Positions 17,466 to 26,848 of a DNA stretch of 64,000 bases are shown here, one piece after another. Made by a program: the position numbers and the translations under genes. Below the pieces are notes generated by a model. It saw nothing but the letters and a program-made list of their open reading frames with translations. It was not told the DNA's origin and did not search any database. The number at the start of each line of letters is the position of its first letter. Within the stretch, counting starts at the first letter, position 1. The DNA lies in assembly GCA_038842485.1 (NCBI GenBank), contig JAWBSP010000001.1, positions 20,269 to 84,268 on the forward strand. Direction: 5' to 3'. Origin of the DNA: Candidatus Hadarchaeales archaeon. Lineage in GTDB: Archaea; Hadarchaeota; Hadarchaeia; Hadarchaeales; JAWBSP01.

Positions 17466-18666
17466 GGCGAGGGGAGGGTTTCCCCGTTACACTAGACTGG
17501 CTCAGGCTCTGACACTTATTCGGGAGAAGCTGAGAAGGTTGCCGAGCGAGAAAGTTGCACTTGAAGAAAGTTTCAACAGAGTTTCAGCATGTAATATCTA
17601 TTCCAACATCGATCTCCCTCCCTTCGATCGAGCTGCTATGGATGGATATGCTGTCAGGGCTCAAGACACGAGAGGGGCTTCAGAGCTCCATCCAGCCCGT
17701 TTGAGGGTTATTTCCCGCGGGAACCGAATCAGGGCGAAGGAAGCGGTGGCAATTGCCACTGGTGAGCCACTTCCTCTAGGCTCGGATGCGGTGGTCCCAG
17801 TGGAGAGGACGAGGAGGGAGGGGGATGCGGTGCTTGTTATGGAACCCATTGCTCCTTGGGAGAATGTTTCCAGAAAAGGGGAGGATGTGAGAGCAGGGGA
17901 GGTAATCGTAAGGGAGGGCAAGAGGCTGGGGCCGGCGGAGGTGGGGCTACTAGCGGCGTGCGGCTATGTGGAGGTGGAGGTGGTGAAGAGGCCCAGCGTT
18001 TTCGTCATTCCCACAGGCGGGGAACTCACCAAACCCGGTAAACCGCTGGAACCTGGAAAGATTTATGAGTGCAACAGCTACTCCATTCGGGCTTCCCTTC
18101 TCAGCTGTGGAGCCGTACCACATGTTTCGAATCCTGTTGAGGATGATGTTGGAGTTCTTAAAAGAGCTCTTAGGAGGGGGGCAGTGCATGATATGAGTTT
18201 GGTTTTGGGCGGTAGCTCGGTGGGGGACAAAGATCTTGTAGCCTCCGCCATAGCCGAGGAGGGGGAGCTCTTCTTTCATGGAGTGGCTATCAGACCAGGA
18301 TCCCCCACCGCTTTTGGATTCGTGCACGGCAAGCCAGTTTTTTCCCTCCCCGGATTCCCAGCTGGCTGTCTCGTCGCCTTCGATCTTCTAGTCAGGCCCG
18401 CGCTTCAACGGATGCTGGGGTGGAGGGAGGAACCGAGGAAAATAACCGCCAAACTTGGGAGGAAGGTGGCCTCGGTACTGGGAAGAGTAGATGTGGTGAG
18501 GGTGAAGGTGGAGGAGGTAAACGGGGAGCAGGTGGCATTTCCTATCAGGGTAACTGGCTCAAGCGTTCTGAGTTCTCTTTCAAAGGCAGATGGTTATCTT
18601 CTTATTCCCGAGGATATAGAAAAAATAGAGGAGGGGGTTCAAGTTGAAGTTATCGCTTACCGATAA
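17452..18666 (+). CDS. moeA: molybdopterin molybdenum/tungsten-transferase MoeA
   Basis: MoeA N, MoCF-binding (SLPGFPAGC) and C domains, 404 aa. Confidence 0.9.
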   Translation: MQGSEARGGFPRYTRLAQALTLIREKLRRLPSEKVALEESFNRVSACNIYSNIDLPPFDRAAMDGYAVRAQDTRGASELHPARLRVISRGNRIRAKEAVAIATGEPLPLGSDAVVPVERTRREGDAVLVMEPIAPWENVSRKGEDVRAGEVIVREGKRLGPAEVGLLAACGYVEVEVVKRPSVFVIPTGGELTKPGKPLEPGKIYECNSYSIRASLLSCGAVPHVSNPVEDDVGVLKRALRRGAVHDMSLVLGGSSVGDKDLVASAIAEEGELFFHGVAIRPGSPTAFGFVHGKPVFSLPGFPAGCLVAFDLLVRPALQRMLGWREEPRKITAKLGRKVASVLGRVDVVRVKVEEVNGEQVAFPIRVTGSSVLSSLSKADGYLLIPEDIEKIEEGVQVEVIAYR

Positions 18667-19102
18667 GGTCCTAATCAGACCTGCTAGGGAGGGGGATTTG
18701 CAGGGGGTTCTGAGAGTGGAGTACGAGTCCTTCAAAGATCCGTACCCTCTGGACTTGCTCCGGCACCTGCTCGCTAGCAATCCCCTGAGTTTCTTGGTAT
18801 CAGAGGTTGACGGGAAGATCGTGGGTTACATCATAGGAACGGTGAGATGGCTGAACATAGGACACATCCTGGCCATAGCTGTGGATCCCAAGTATAGAAG
18901 GAGAGGCATCGGGACCATGCTTATGAAGGCCGTAATGGACTACTTCGAGAAGAGGGCAGTGAGGAAGGTGAGGCTTGAGGCTAGGGAGAGCAACGTGGTG
19001 GCGAGGCGCTTCTACTCCTCCCTTGGTTTTTCAGAGGTGGGAAGGGTTCCCTACTACTACTCCGACGGGGAAACCGCAATCGTATTCGAGCGCGAGTTGT
19101 GA
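18644..19102 (+). CDS. rimI: GNAT N-acetyltransferase (RimI-like)
   Basis: Acetyl-CoA motif RRRGIGTML, ~150 aa. Confidence 0.75.
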   Translation: MKLSLTDKVLIRPAREGDLQGVLRVEYESFKDPYPLDLLRHLLASNPLSFLVSEVDGKIVGYIIGTVRWLNIGHILAIAVDPKYRRRGIGTMLMKAVMDYFEKRAVRKVRLEARESNVVARRFYSSLGFSEVGRVPYYYSDGETAIVFEREL

Positions 19103-19112
19103 AAAACAGCTC

Positions 19113-20243
19113 CTAGTGTCTAAAGATCTCCTCGGGAGTGAGAACCCTGATATTGGGAGGAACCCTCGCTAAATCCTTTCTGACGCAGATGAGATACTCA
19201 ACTCCTCGCTGGGCCGCCAACTCGGTCAGCTCCTGTGTAGCCACACCGTCGACGACCAGAGCCCAGACACCCTCCATTTTTGGAAGTTCTTCTTTTACTT
19301 CTCTTACCGGTATCTCCTTAAGCACCTCAAGAGAGCGGTTCAGCAGTCGTGCTTTAAGCGAGCCCCTAAGCTCTGCTGCTATCTCAGAAAGTTTTCTCAG
19401 GTTTTTCTCGACCTCTTCTTCCCGTCCGAGCGCGGCGACCGGTACTCGATTCCTGAGGGCTCTGTAAATCTCTTTGACGGTGAGTTCCTCCACGCTCTTT
19501 CCGGGTGGAGGTCTGGCGACGTATTCCACCTCCGCCACCTGTAGGAGTTCCTTCAAGATGAGATCTCCACCCCTATCGTTGTCCAAGAAAGCTGTGGTGA
19601 TTTTTCGCTTGGTGAGTTCCACCACTGCAGGAGGGATGCCCGCCCCCCCAATGGCAATCACGTTTTCTATACCCGCCTTTAAGAGGTTGAGAACATCAGC
19701 CCTTCCCTCCACTACGATGATGGAGTCCGAGCTTTCGACTTTAGGTCCCGCTGGTAGCCCAGCGTACTCTGTTATTTCGGCTTGGTGAATGGACTCCCGT
19801 AGGTTTCTAAAGATTTCCAGTGTTTCTGGGGTTTCCACTTCCCGCATGAGCTCTCTTGCCCTTTTGATCACAAATTCCCTCTTGGAGGCCCTCACGTCTT
19901 CGACTCTCTCCACCGTTATCTTAGCCTCGCAGGGTCCTATTCGATCGACTGTTTCTAGAGCTCCTGCTAGCAGACAGGTTTCCATTTTGTCAAGCCCGGA
20001 AGGTAAGAGGATGGTCCCGCTGGTCTTCCCCTGAGAGGAGGTTATGTTTACCTTGATTCTGCCCACCTTCCCCGTTCTGAGGAGTTCTCTCAGCTCAAGT
20101 TCCTCACCCAGCAGGCCTTCAGTCTGTCCGAAGATAGCTCCTACCACATCCGAGGGCTCCACCACTCCATTAACCTCTAGCTTCGCGTGGACGAGGTACT
20201 TTACCGAACCCCTCTCTAACTCCTCGTTTTTTGGTCTTTCCAC
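19113..20243 (-). CDS. dnaG: archaeal DnaG-type primase (Toprim)
   Basis: Toprim motifs VVEGRADV and LDNDRGGD, 376 aa. Confidence 0.85.
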   Translation of the reverse strand: MERPKNEELERGSVKYLVHAKLEVNGVVEPSDVVGAIFGQTEGLLGEELELRELLRTGKVGRIKVNITSSQGKTSGTILLPSGLDKMETCLLAGALETVDRIGPCEAKITVERVEDVRASKREFVIKRARELMREVETPETLEIFRNLRESIHQAEITEYAGLPAGPKVESSDSIIVVEGRADVLNLLKAGIENVIAIGGAGIPPAVVELTKRKITTAFLDNDRGGDLILKELLQVAEVEYVARPPPGKSVEELTVKEIYRALRNRVPVAALGREEEVEKNLRKLSEIAAELRGSLKARLLNRSLEVLKEIPVREVKEELPKMEGVWALVVDGVATQELTELAAQRGVEYLICVRKDLARVPPNIRVLTPEEIFRH

Positions 20244-20662
20244 TTTATCCTCTCCAAAACAGTCTTCAATCTTACTAAGCTTTCCACTTCTTTAAACCTT
20301 TTCTTCAGTTTCTTCAGCTTCTGGTAGGGTTCTAGGATGGGCTCCACCCCAAGCTCATTCAGGTGCTTAGAGCAGAAAGAGGCGAGCTCCTCCCCCTTTT
20401 CATCAAAGTCCGTCAGGATCACAACTTTCCGATCCTTCAGTCCCTCCAAGAAACCGAGCCTCCTCCTCTGACTGGAGAACTCGAGAATCTTGCCGCGAAT
20501 ACCCAAGCTTTCCAGAGCCTCCTTATCTCTTCTTCCCTCCACAAGGATGGGTATCCCCTCCGAGGCCAGCTCTTGAAGTTCTAGCAGCACCTCTCCCGTC
20601 TCGACCAGCTCGGCCTCTAGGTCTCCTCGATCCAGAGCCCTTTCCTCACGCATCCTTGGCAT
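20216..20662 (-). CDS. small Toprim-domain protein
   Basis: Toprim-like segment ILVEGRRDKEALESLGIRG…VVILTDFDEKGEEL. Start set at the internal Met downstream of the overlapping zinc-ribbon ORF. Confidence 0.55.
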   Translation of the reverse strand: MPRMREERALDRGDLEAELVETGEVLLELQELASEGIPILVEGRRDKEALESLGIRGKILEFSSQRRRLGFLEGLKDRKVVILTDFDEKGEELASFCSKHLNELGVEPILEPYQKLKKLKKRFKEVESLVRLKTVLERIKWKDQKTRS

Positions 20663-20778
20663 GTGTTTATATCCGAGAGAAAGCAGGTGGAACACACCAT
20701 TTTGCCGCAAATCTTGCACCTCTGAAGGTTCGAAGCGGATTTCCCGCAGGCTTCACAGGTCTCTACAAGCTTTCCCAT
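20617..20778 (-). CDS. 4xCxxC zinc-ribbon small protein (53 aa), below the ORF-track cutoff
   Basis: Product MGKLVETCEACGKSASNLQRCKICGKMVCSTCFLSDINTCQGCVRKGLWIEET. ATG is 6 nt after the PRTase stop. The TAG stop overlaps the Toprim ORF in another frame. Confidence 0.45.
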   Translation of the reverse strand: MGKLVETCEACGKSASNLQRCKICGKMVCSTCFLSDINTCQGCVRKGLWIEET

Positions 20779-20784
20779 CGTTTT

Positions 20785-21285
20785 CTAACTCCTCCTTAAA
20801 AGGGTGTTTTTACTTTTCGCCAGCTGTCTGGCAGTTTCCCTTTTCTCCCAGGGGTAAACAATCCAGCTCCTCACTTCTTGGAGATAGAAATCTGGGATCT
20901 TCACGCTCCAAGGTTTGTAGTGGAGCGTTGCGGTTTTGACCTCCTTGGCCCCCTTTTTCCTTACGTGCTCCTCCGCTACCCTCAGAGATTCCCCTCTGTC
21001 AGCCACATCATCCACCACCAACACTTTCTTCCCCCTCACGTTTGCGTTGAGCGGATAGATGAGTTTGGGTTTTTTTCTAGTCTTGCCTGGGGCAAGGTAG
21101 TACTCCACCTGTAGGCTTGCCAGACGTGAAATTCCCAGCTCATCGCAGAGAATTCTTGCCACCGGAAAACCACCCCTGCTCACTGCCACCATGACATCTG
21201 GCCTGAAGTTGGCCCGCCTTATTTTGAGCGCAAGCCGATGACAGAGTTTGTCCACATCCTCCCAGCCGAGATGGAGGAGTCGCAT
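20785..21285 (-). CDS. purine phosphoribosyltransferase (type I PRTase)
   Basis: PRPP-binding loop KKVLVVDDVADRGESL. Confidence 0.7.
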   Translation of the reverse strand: MRLLHLGWEDVDKLCHRLALKIRRANFRPDVMVAVSRGGFPVARILCDELGISRLASLQVEYYLAPGKTRKKPKLIYPLNANVRGKKVLVVDDVADRGESLRVAEEHVRKKGAKEVKTATLHYKPWSVKIPDFYLQEVRSWIVYPWEKRETARQLAKSKNTLLRRS

Positions 21286-21827
21286 CAGTACGGTCTCTCT
21301 TTCATTCTAAGTTTGAAGGCCAGCACGTTGGTTCCCAAGTGAAGCGCAGGAGTGATCAATAGCAGAAAGATTACCATCGGCCGAGAGGGACGGAAAAATG
21401 GATAGGCGAAGAGAAGTGCCAGAACCAAAAAACCGAGCTGATCCAGCAGGAAGGCTGGATCTCCTCGTGCCATGCCGAGCCTCCGTTTTACGAAGCTCCC
21501 CAATAAATCTCCAGTGAGGGCTCCCAGTGAGAGTAGGGAGGAGAGCCGGAGGTAGGAGGGAAGGGAACCGAGCCCAGGCACCGGTTCCGCGGTTTCGAGA
21601 ATGAATGGATGGAGGAGATAAAGCACTAGCCCAGTCACAATTCCCGCAGCGAGCCCTGCTAGGAATCCCCTGATGGTTTTCCCTGGGCCGAAAAGAGGTC
21701 TTCCGTCAAGGAACTTTCTGTTGCCGTCAATGGGTCTGCCACCACCGAAGGCAACGGGCGAAGCGTTGGCTACATACGCTGGGAGAATGAACCAGAGCGC
21801 ATATCCCACCGTCTCCCAAGCACCCAT
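21285..21827 (-). CDS. carS: CDP-archaeol synthase candidate (CarS/DUF46-like membrane protein)
   Basis: ~180-aa polytopic protein with ANASPV and GPGKTIRG segments. Assignment from memory of the family. Confidence 0.5.
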   Translation of the reverse strand: MGAWETVGYALWFILPAYVANASPVAFGGGRPIDGNRKFLDGRPLFGPGKTIRGFLAGLAAGIVTGLVLYLLHPFILETAEPVPGLGSLPSYLRLSSLLSLGALTGDLLGSFVKRRLGMARGDPAFLLDQLGFLVLALLFAYPFFRPSRPMVIFLLLITPALHLGTNVLAFKLRMKERPY

Positions 21828-21876
21828 TTTTTCTCCACCGAAAGATTTTTAAAGGGGGGCGACTTGAAAGATTTGA

Positions 21877-23508
21877 ATGGTTGCTGAGAGTGCTGTTCCG
21901 GTGTTGATACTGCCAGAACGAACGGCTAGATATGTAGGTAGAACTGCCCAGCAGATGAATATCTTGGCAGCTAGAGTGGTGGCGGAGGCTATTCGAACCA
22001 CCTTGGGACCGAGGGGGATGGACAAGATGCTCGTGGATAGCATGGGGGATGTCACTATAACCAATGACGGTGCCACCATCCTCAAGGAAATGGATGTCGA
22101 ACATCCGGCTGCCAAGATGATGGTGGAAATCTCCAAGGCGCAGGATAATGAGGTCGGAGACGGTACCACCACCGCTGTCGTGCTGGCGGGGGAACTCTTG
22201 AAGAGAGCCGAAGATTTGCTTGGTCAGAACATCCACACTACCTCCATTATTGCTGGTTATAGGCAGGCCGCGCAGAGAGCCATGGAGGTTCTCAGCCGTA
22301 TCGCCGTTCCGATTTCGAAGGAGGAAAAGGATAAACTTCGCTTGGTGGCCCTGACTTCCCTCAGTGGCAAGGGGATAGGGGATTACGAAAAGTTTGCGGA
22401 TGTCTGTGTGGAGGCCATCCTCCAAGTGGCGGAGGAGCGGGATGGGAAGATTAAGGCACTCGTAGACAACGTAAAGGTGGACAAGAGAATCGGGGGAAGT
22501 GCCATCGACACCCAGCTGGTGAAAGGTTTGGTTCTGGACAAGGAGGTTGTTCACCCCGGCATGCCCAAGCGCATCACTGATGCCAAGATCGCCCTTCTGA
22601 ACTGCGCTCTCGAGATCGAGCAGACGGAAACCAAGGCGAAGATAAATATTGAGAGTCCAGAGCAGATAAAGGCCTTCCTAGATGAGGAGCAGAGGCTACT
22701 GAAGGAGATGGTGGAGGAGATCAAAAGGGCTGGGGCCAACGTGGTGATTTGCCAGAAGGGGATTGATGATGTTGCCCAGCACTTCCTTGCAAAGGCAGGC
22801 ATCCTAGCGGTCAGAAGGGTTAAGGAGTCGGACATGGAAAAGCTAGCCAGAGCCACCGGGGGAAAGATCGTCACGAGCGTGAAGGAGCTTACTCCTGCTG
22901 ATTTGGGCTTTGCCCAGCTGGTGGAAGAGAGGAAGGTTTCGGGGGAGAAGATGGTTTTCATAGAGGGTTGCAAGAATCCAAAGTCAGTCAGCATCCTAGT
23001 GAGAGGAGGAGCAGAGCACGTGGTGGACGAGGCAGAGAGAGCCATCCACGATGCCCTCTGCGTCCTGTCAGTGGCACTTGAAGAGGGGAAGATTCTGGGT
23101 GGGGGAGGTGCGCCCGAGCTCGAGGTGGCCAAAGAGCTCAGGAACCTAGCCGAGAGCGTGGGCGGGAAGGAGGCCTTGGCTATTAACGCTTTTGCCGATT
23201 CCATGGAGGTCATCCCTCAGACTCTGGCCGAAAACGCTGGACTGGATCCAGTGGACATTCTGACACAGCTCAGAGCTGAACATGGGAAGCCCAACTCGCA
23301 GTTCATAGGCCTCGATGCACAGAGTGGCAAGATAGTTAACACCCTCGAGATGGGTATAATCGAGCCGCTGAAGGTTAAAACACAGGCCATCAAATCAGCC
23401 AGCGAAGCAGCGGAGATGATCCTGAGGATAGACGACGTGATTGCGGCGGGGAAGTTGGAGAAGGAGAAGGAGAAAGAGGAGGGGAAGAAACCGTCGACCC
23501 CTGAGTAG
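21877..23508 (+). CDS. ths: thermosome (group II chaperonin) subunit
   Basis: [11 protein letters not shown]-binding GDGTTT, 543 aa, K/E-rich C-terminal tail. Confidence 0.95.
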   Translation: MVAESAVPVLILPERTARYVGRTAQQMNILAARVVAEAIRTTLGPRGMDKMLVDSMGDVTITNDGATILKEMDVEHPAAKMMVEISKAQDNEVGDGTTTAVVLAGELLKRAEDLLGQNIHTTSIIAGYRQAAQRAMEVLSRIAVPISKEEKDKLRLVALTSLSGKGIGDYEKFADVCVEAILQVAEERDGKIKALVDNVKVDKRIGGSAIDTQLVKGLVLDKEVVHPGMPKRITDAKIALLNCALEIEQTETKAKINIESPEQIKAFLDEEQRLLKEMVEEIKRAGANVVICQKGIDDVAQHFLAKAGILAVRRVKESDMEKLARATGGKIVTSVKELTPADLGFAQLVEERKVSGEKMVFIEGCKNPKSVSILVRGGAEHVVDEAERAIHDALCVLSVALEEGKILGGGGAPELEVAKELRNLAESVGGKEALAINAFADSMEVIPQTLAENAGLDPVDILTQLRAEHGKPNSQFIGLDAQSGKIVNTLEMGIIEPLKVKTQAIKSASEAAEMILRIDDVIAAGKLEKEKEKEEGKKPSTPE

Positions 23509-23522
23509 CCACGGGTGTTTAT

Positions 23523-23738
23523 CTGATCCCCAAACTCGATTTTTACAAGGTTAGGCCGTACACCCGCTTCGAGAAGGCCAGGATCATCGGGGCTAGGGCG
23601 CTTCAAATCTCCATGGGTGCACCCGTTCTGGTTGAGGTTCCCAAGGGCATGACCAATCCTATCGACATTGCCTTGTATGAGTTCGAGCAGGGGGCTTGCC
23701 CCATAACGATCCTCCGACAAAAGGTAGAGGAAGAGTAG
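23523..23738 (+). CDS. rpoK: DNA-directed RNA polymerase subunit K (Rpo6)
   Basis: Product [23 protein letters not shown]…[19 protein letters not shown]. No ATG/GTG/TTG lies between the upstream in-frame TGA (23502) and the conserved core, so the start is unresolved (CTG at 23523?). Confidence 0.6.
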   Translation: MIPKLDFYKVRPYTRFEKARIIGARALQISMGAPVLVEVPKGMTNPIDIALYEFEQGACPITILRQKVEEE

Positions 23739-23749
23739 AGCAGATTTTA

Positions 23750-24775
23750 ATGGGGGTGCAGATCGGGGAGATCGTCCCCAGCTCAGAGATTACCCTGGAA
23801 CAGCTCTCGGGCAAGGTGATCGCCCTCGATGCAATGAACATGCTGCACCAGTTTCTCTCCATCATCAGACAGAGGGACGGAGAACTTCTCATGGATTCCA
23901 AGGGGAGAGTCACCTCTCACCTTTCTGGAATCTTCTATCGCACAGCAAACTTGCTCGAGATGGGAGTGAAACCTGTTTACGTCTTCGATGGCAAGCCACC
24001 TCCCCTAAAGCACCTTACGCTGAGCCGGAGAACCCTAGGAAGGGAGGAGGCGGAGAAAGAGTGGAAAAGGGCCCTCGAAAGAGGGGACCTAGCGGAGGCG
24101 AGGAAGTTTGCCCAGAGGGCGGGCAGGGTGACGGAAGAAATGGTGGAGCAGACCAAGCAGCTTCTGAACTACATGGGAGTGCCTTGGGTTCAAGCTCCGT
24201 GCGAAGGGGAGGCACAGGCTGCATATCTCGCGAAGAGGGGGGATGCTTGGGCCTCGGCCAGCCAGGATTTTGACAGCCTGCTTTTTGGTACCCCCATTCT
24301 GGTCAGGAACTTGGCCCTTACAGGTCGCAGAAAGCTACCGGGGAAGGATTTCTATGTGGAGGTTAGACCCGAACGGGTGGAACTCAGGGAGGTCCTCAAT
24401 TCACTGAATCTCACTCAGGAGCAACTGGTGGATCTCGGAATTCTGGTGGGAACAGACTTCAACGAGGGGGTGAAGGGGATTGGGCCGAAGCGCGCCTTGG
24501 AACTGATCAGGAAGCACGGCTCCTTGGAGAAGATTGTAGAGCAGAAACTCTTCGAGTTTGAGGTCGATCCGCTGGAGGTAAAACGGGTTTTCCTGAAGCA
24601 TGAGGTGACGGACAACTACAGGCTCTCGTGGGGTGAGCCCAACCCGGAAAAGATCAAGGAGTTTCTTTGCGAAGAGTTTGATTTTTCTGAACAAAGAGTA
24701 CAGTCAGGCATAGACAAGCTTGTGAAGGGGAGGAGCAAGGGAGAACAGGTCTCGCTGGAGCGCTGGTTCGGCTAG
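23750..24775 (+). CDS. fen: flap endonuclease FEN-1
   Basis: N-terminus MGVQIGEIV. XPG N and I domains plus the C-terminal PCNA-interaction region. Start taken at the internal ATG. Confidence 0.9.
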   Translation: MGVQIGEIVPSSEITLEQLSGKVIALDAMNMLHQFLSIIRQRDGELLMDSKGRVTSHLSGIFYRTANLLEMGVKPVYVFDGKPPPLKHLTLSRRTLGREEAEKEWKRALERGDLAEARKFAQRAGRVTEEMVEQTKQLLNYMGVPWVQAPCEGEAQAAYLAKRGDAWASASQDFDSLLFGTPILVRNLALTGRRKLPGKDFYVEVRPERVELREVLNSLNLTQEQLVDLGILVGTDFNEGVKGIGPKRALELIRKHGSLEKIVEQKLFEFEVDPLEVKRVFLKHEVTDNYRLSWGEPNPEKIKEFLCEEFDFSEQRVQSGIDKLVKGRSKGEQVSLERWFG

Positions 24776-25416
24776 CCTTTCCAGCCGAATTTTCCAATCA
24801 GGGGAACGAAGGAGCAGCCGCCCCTCTCCTCGAACTTCATGGAGCCATCCTTCTGCTTCTCCCCCACCGTCCAAGTCTGGAAGAGGTAGTCTGTTCCCAC
24901 AGGTGCCCCAATTCTGCCACCCACTGCCAGCTGTTTGATCAGAGGTGGAGGGATTTCAGGGGTGCAGGCCGTCACCAGTATTCGGTCCCAAGTTCCCTCC
25001 ACCCCCAAGGTACCGTCTCCAACCCTTACCTCCACCCAGTAATAGCCCGTGCGCTGGAGGTTCTTTCTCCCGAATTCGGCGAGTTCAGGAATTCTCTCCA
25101 CACTCACCACTCTTCCCCTCTTCCCCACCAGCTCCGCTAGCAGTGCGGCGTTGTACCCTGACCCAGTTCCTATCTCCAGAACCTTTTCACCACGTTTCAC
25201 CTCAAGCGACTCCAGCATGATGGCGATCATGGAAGGGGCGGAAATGGTTTGTCCGTAGCCAATGGGGAGAGGGGTGTCCTCATAAGCGCTGGCTCTCAAC
25301 TTTTCGGGGACGAACTCCTCTCTGGGAACTTTTTTGAAGGCCTCAATGATTTCAGGCTTGGTCAGATATCCCCACTTAATCAGGGAATTGAGTAACCTTT
25401 CCTTGCTCTCTCCCAT
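24772..25416 (-). CDS. pcm: protein-L-isoaspartate O-methyltransferase
   Basis: SAM motif VLEIGTGSGYNAALLAEL, 214 aa. Confidence 0.9.
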   Translation of the reverse strand: MGESKERLLNSLIKWGYLTKPEIIEAFKKVPREEFVPEKLRASAYEDTPLPIGYGQTISAPSMIAIMLESLEVKRGEKVLEIGTGSGYNAALLAELVGKRGRVVSVERIPELAEFGRKNLQRTGYYWVEVRVGDGTLGVEGTWDRILVTACTPEIPPPLIKQLAVGGRIGAPVGTDYLFQTWTVGEKQKDGSMKFEERGGCSFVPLIGKFGWKG

Positions 25417-25485
25417 TACCTAATTGTTCACGCGCGATTTAGTGCGAGTTCAGCATGCCGCCCAACTTTTCCCGCCTCAATCGTG

Positions 25486-26733
25486 TTAAAGGAAGACGAT
25501 AGCCTGTAAGACACTCTCTGAGTCGCGTACCGATGGTACCACGATCTGCTTCACCCCTCTTACCACTCTCTCCACCGGTTGCTTGGGGTGCTTGTGTCCT
25601 GCGATCACCAGTTCCAGTCCTTGAAGGGACAGAACCTCGTCCCAGCCACCCACTACCCCCAGCTCGTTTTCGGTGGAGGGATAGTGTGTGAACAAGATGA
25701 CGTTTTCACTCGGAAGGTGTTGCTTCAGCCACCGGAGTTGTTCTCTCTCCACCGACCCCTTCTCCGCGTCCGTGAGGCTCCAAGGTCGGCCGGAGTTCAC
25801 CCCTGCGAAGTAGTAGCTCCCGAGCTGGAAGCCGAAGGCATCGAAGGAGTTAAGTTCGAGGTAAAAAGGTTCCAGCCACCTCCTCCCAAAGAAGAAGGTG
25901 ATTCTAGTCCACCAGTCATGGTTCCCGGGCACCAAGAAGAGGGGCAGATCAGACTCCGCTAAGATGTCCGAGAGTTTCTCCCAGTTACGCCATCCCGACC
26001 AGTCCACCAAGTCTCCAGTCAAGAGAACCAAATCCGGCTTCACATTTTCGGCCAGATGGGCAAGCACCGCGGCGAGCTTCTGGGCGTTCAGCGGGTTGCA
26101 CTTAACGATTCCGTTCTCCACCTTCTTCTTAATGGTCTCATTGATGTCCCTGAGGAACTTTCCCACCACTGGTAGGTTCTCAGTCCATCCTGGGAGGGGT
26201 TTGGGCCTCATGTCAAAGGGCAACTTGAGGTTCTCCTCATCGACGTGGATGTCTGAGAGGATGGCCACTAGGGGGAGGTCTGGCTTGTTGGGAATTACTG
26301 CCAGCGAATTCCTACCCTTTCTTTCCCCCAGTGGTTTTCTGTTTGCTCGCACGGCTAGGTCATGCATTCCAGATGCTAGATTTTCTGGAAGCCCAATTCT
26401 GATTCTCCAGATTCCATGGTTCTCAGCGGTTCCGAGGATTGGCACCGGCAGGTTATCGATGAGGACCTCAAACTCTACGGAGGGGGCGCGGTGGAGCACC
26501 CAGACCTCTAGCTCCGAGCCGGGAGTTGCCAAGGTGGGAAACCCTAGGCTGGGCCAAAGAAGGAGTTCATCCCAGCTCTTCTCGAGGACCAGCAATCCAA
26601 GCGGGGTATCTCTGAATTCGAACTCGGGGGAGCGGATCCCAGCAAAAGGCCAGAGAAAGAAGGCGGAAACCGCGGCAAGGGCTAGGAGGCACCCCAGTGC
26701 CACGGTATCAGGGGAGGAGGACGGGGATTCCAT
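25486..26733 (-). CDS. membrane-anchored calcineurin-like metallophosphoesterase
   Basis: Motifs LTGDLVD and VPGNHDWW. N-terminal TM/signal. Start trimmed to the internal Met. Confidence 0.65.
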   Translation of the reverse strand: MESPSSSPDTVALGCLLALAAVSAFFLWPFAGIRSPEFEFRDTPLGLLVLEKSWDELLLWPSLGFPTLATPGSELEVWVLHRAPSVEFEVLIDNLPVPILGTAENHGIWRIRIGLPENLASGMHDLAVRANRKPLGERKGRNSLAVIPNKPDLPLVAILSDIHVDEENLKLPFDMRPKPLPGWTENLPVVGKFLRDINETIKKKVENGIVKCNPLNAQKLAAVLAHLAENVKPDLVLLTGDLVDWSGWRNWEKLSDILAESDLPLFLVPGNHDWWTRITFFFGRRWLEPFYLELNSFDAFGFQLGSYYFAGVNSGRPWSLTDAEKGSVEREQLRWLKQHLPSENVILFTHYPSTENELGVVGGWDEVLSLQGLELVIAGHKHPKQPVERVVRGVKQIVVPSVRDSESVLQAIVFL

Positions 26734-26848
26734 CCTTGATTGGGTACTTCCTCCCGCACCTTCTGCAGACAAGTCCACGCTTCAGTTGCAGGTCACCCCT
26801 GCAGACCGGGCAGGCTAGAATCCTGAGGAGTTCAGGATTGAGCTTCAC
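26708..26848 (-). CDS. trm112: Trm112-like zinc-ribbon protein
   Basis: Motif LLRILACPVCRGDLQ…CRRCGRKYPIKDGIPVLL. GTG start 13 nt after the alaS stop. The listed longer ORF would overlap alaS by 150 nt. Confidence 0.55.
   Translation of the reverse strand: MKLNPELLRILACPVCRGDLQLKRGLVCRRCGRKYPIKDGIPVLLP

Noticed and set aside
22551-23213. 220-aa ORF antisense to the thermosome gene, with similar long antisense or alternate-frame ORFs inside rad50, alaS, ipk and the GT-C gene
   Set aside because: They are embedded in strongly supported genes. They have low-complexity S/A/P/R-rich translations typical of GC-rich antisense frames and no motifs.
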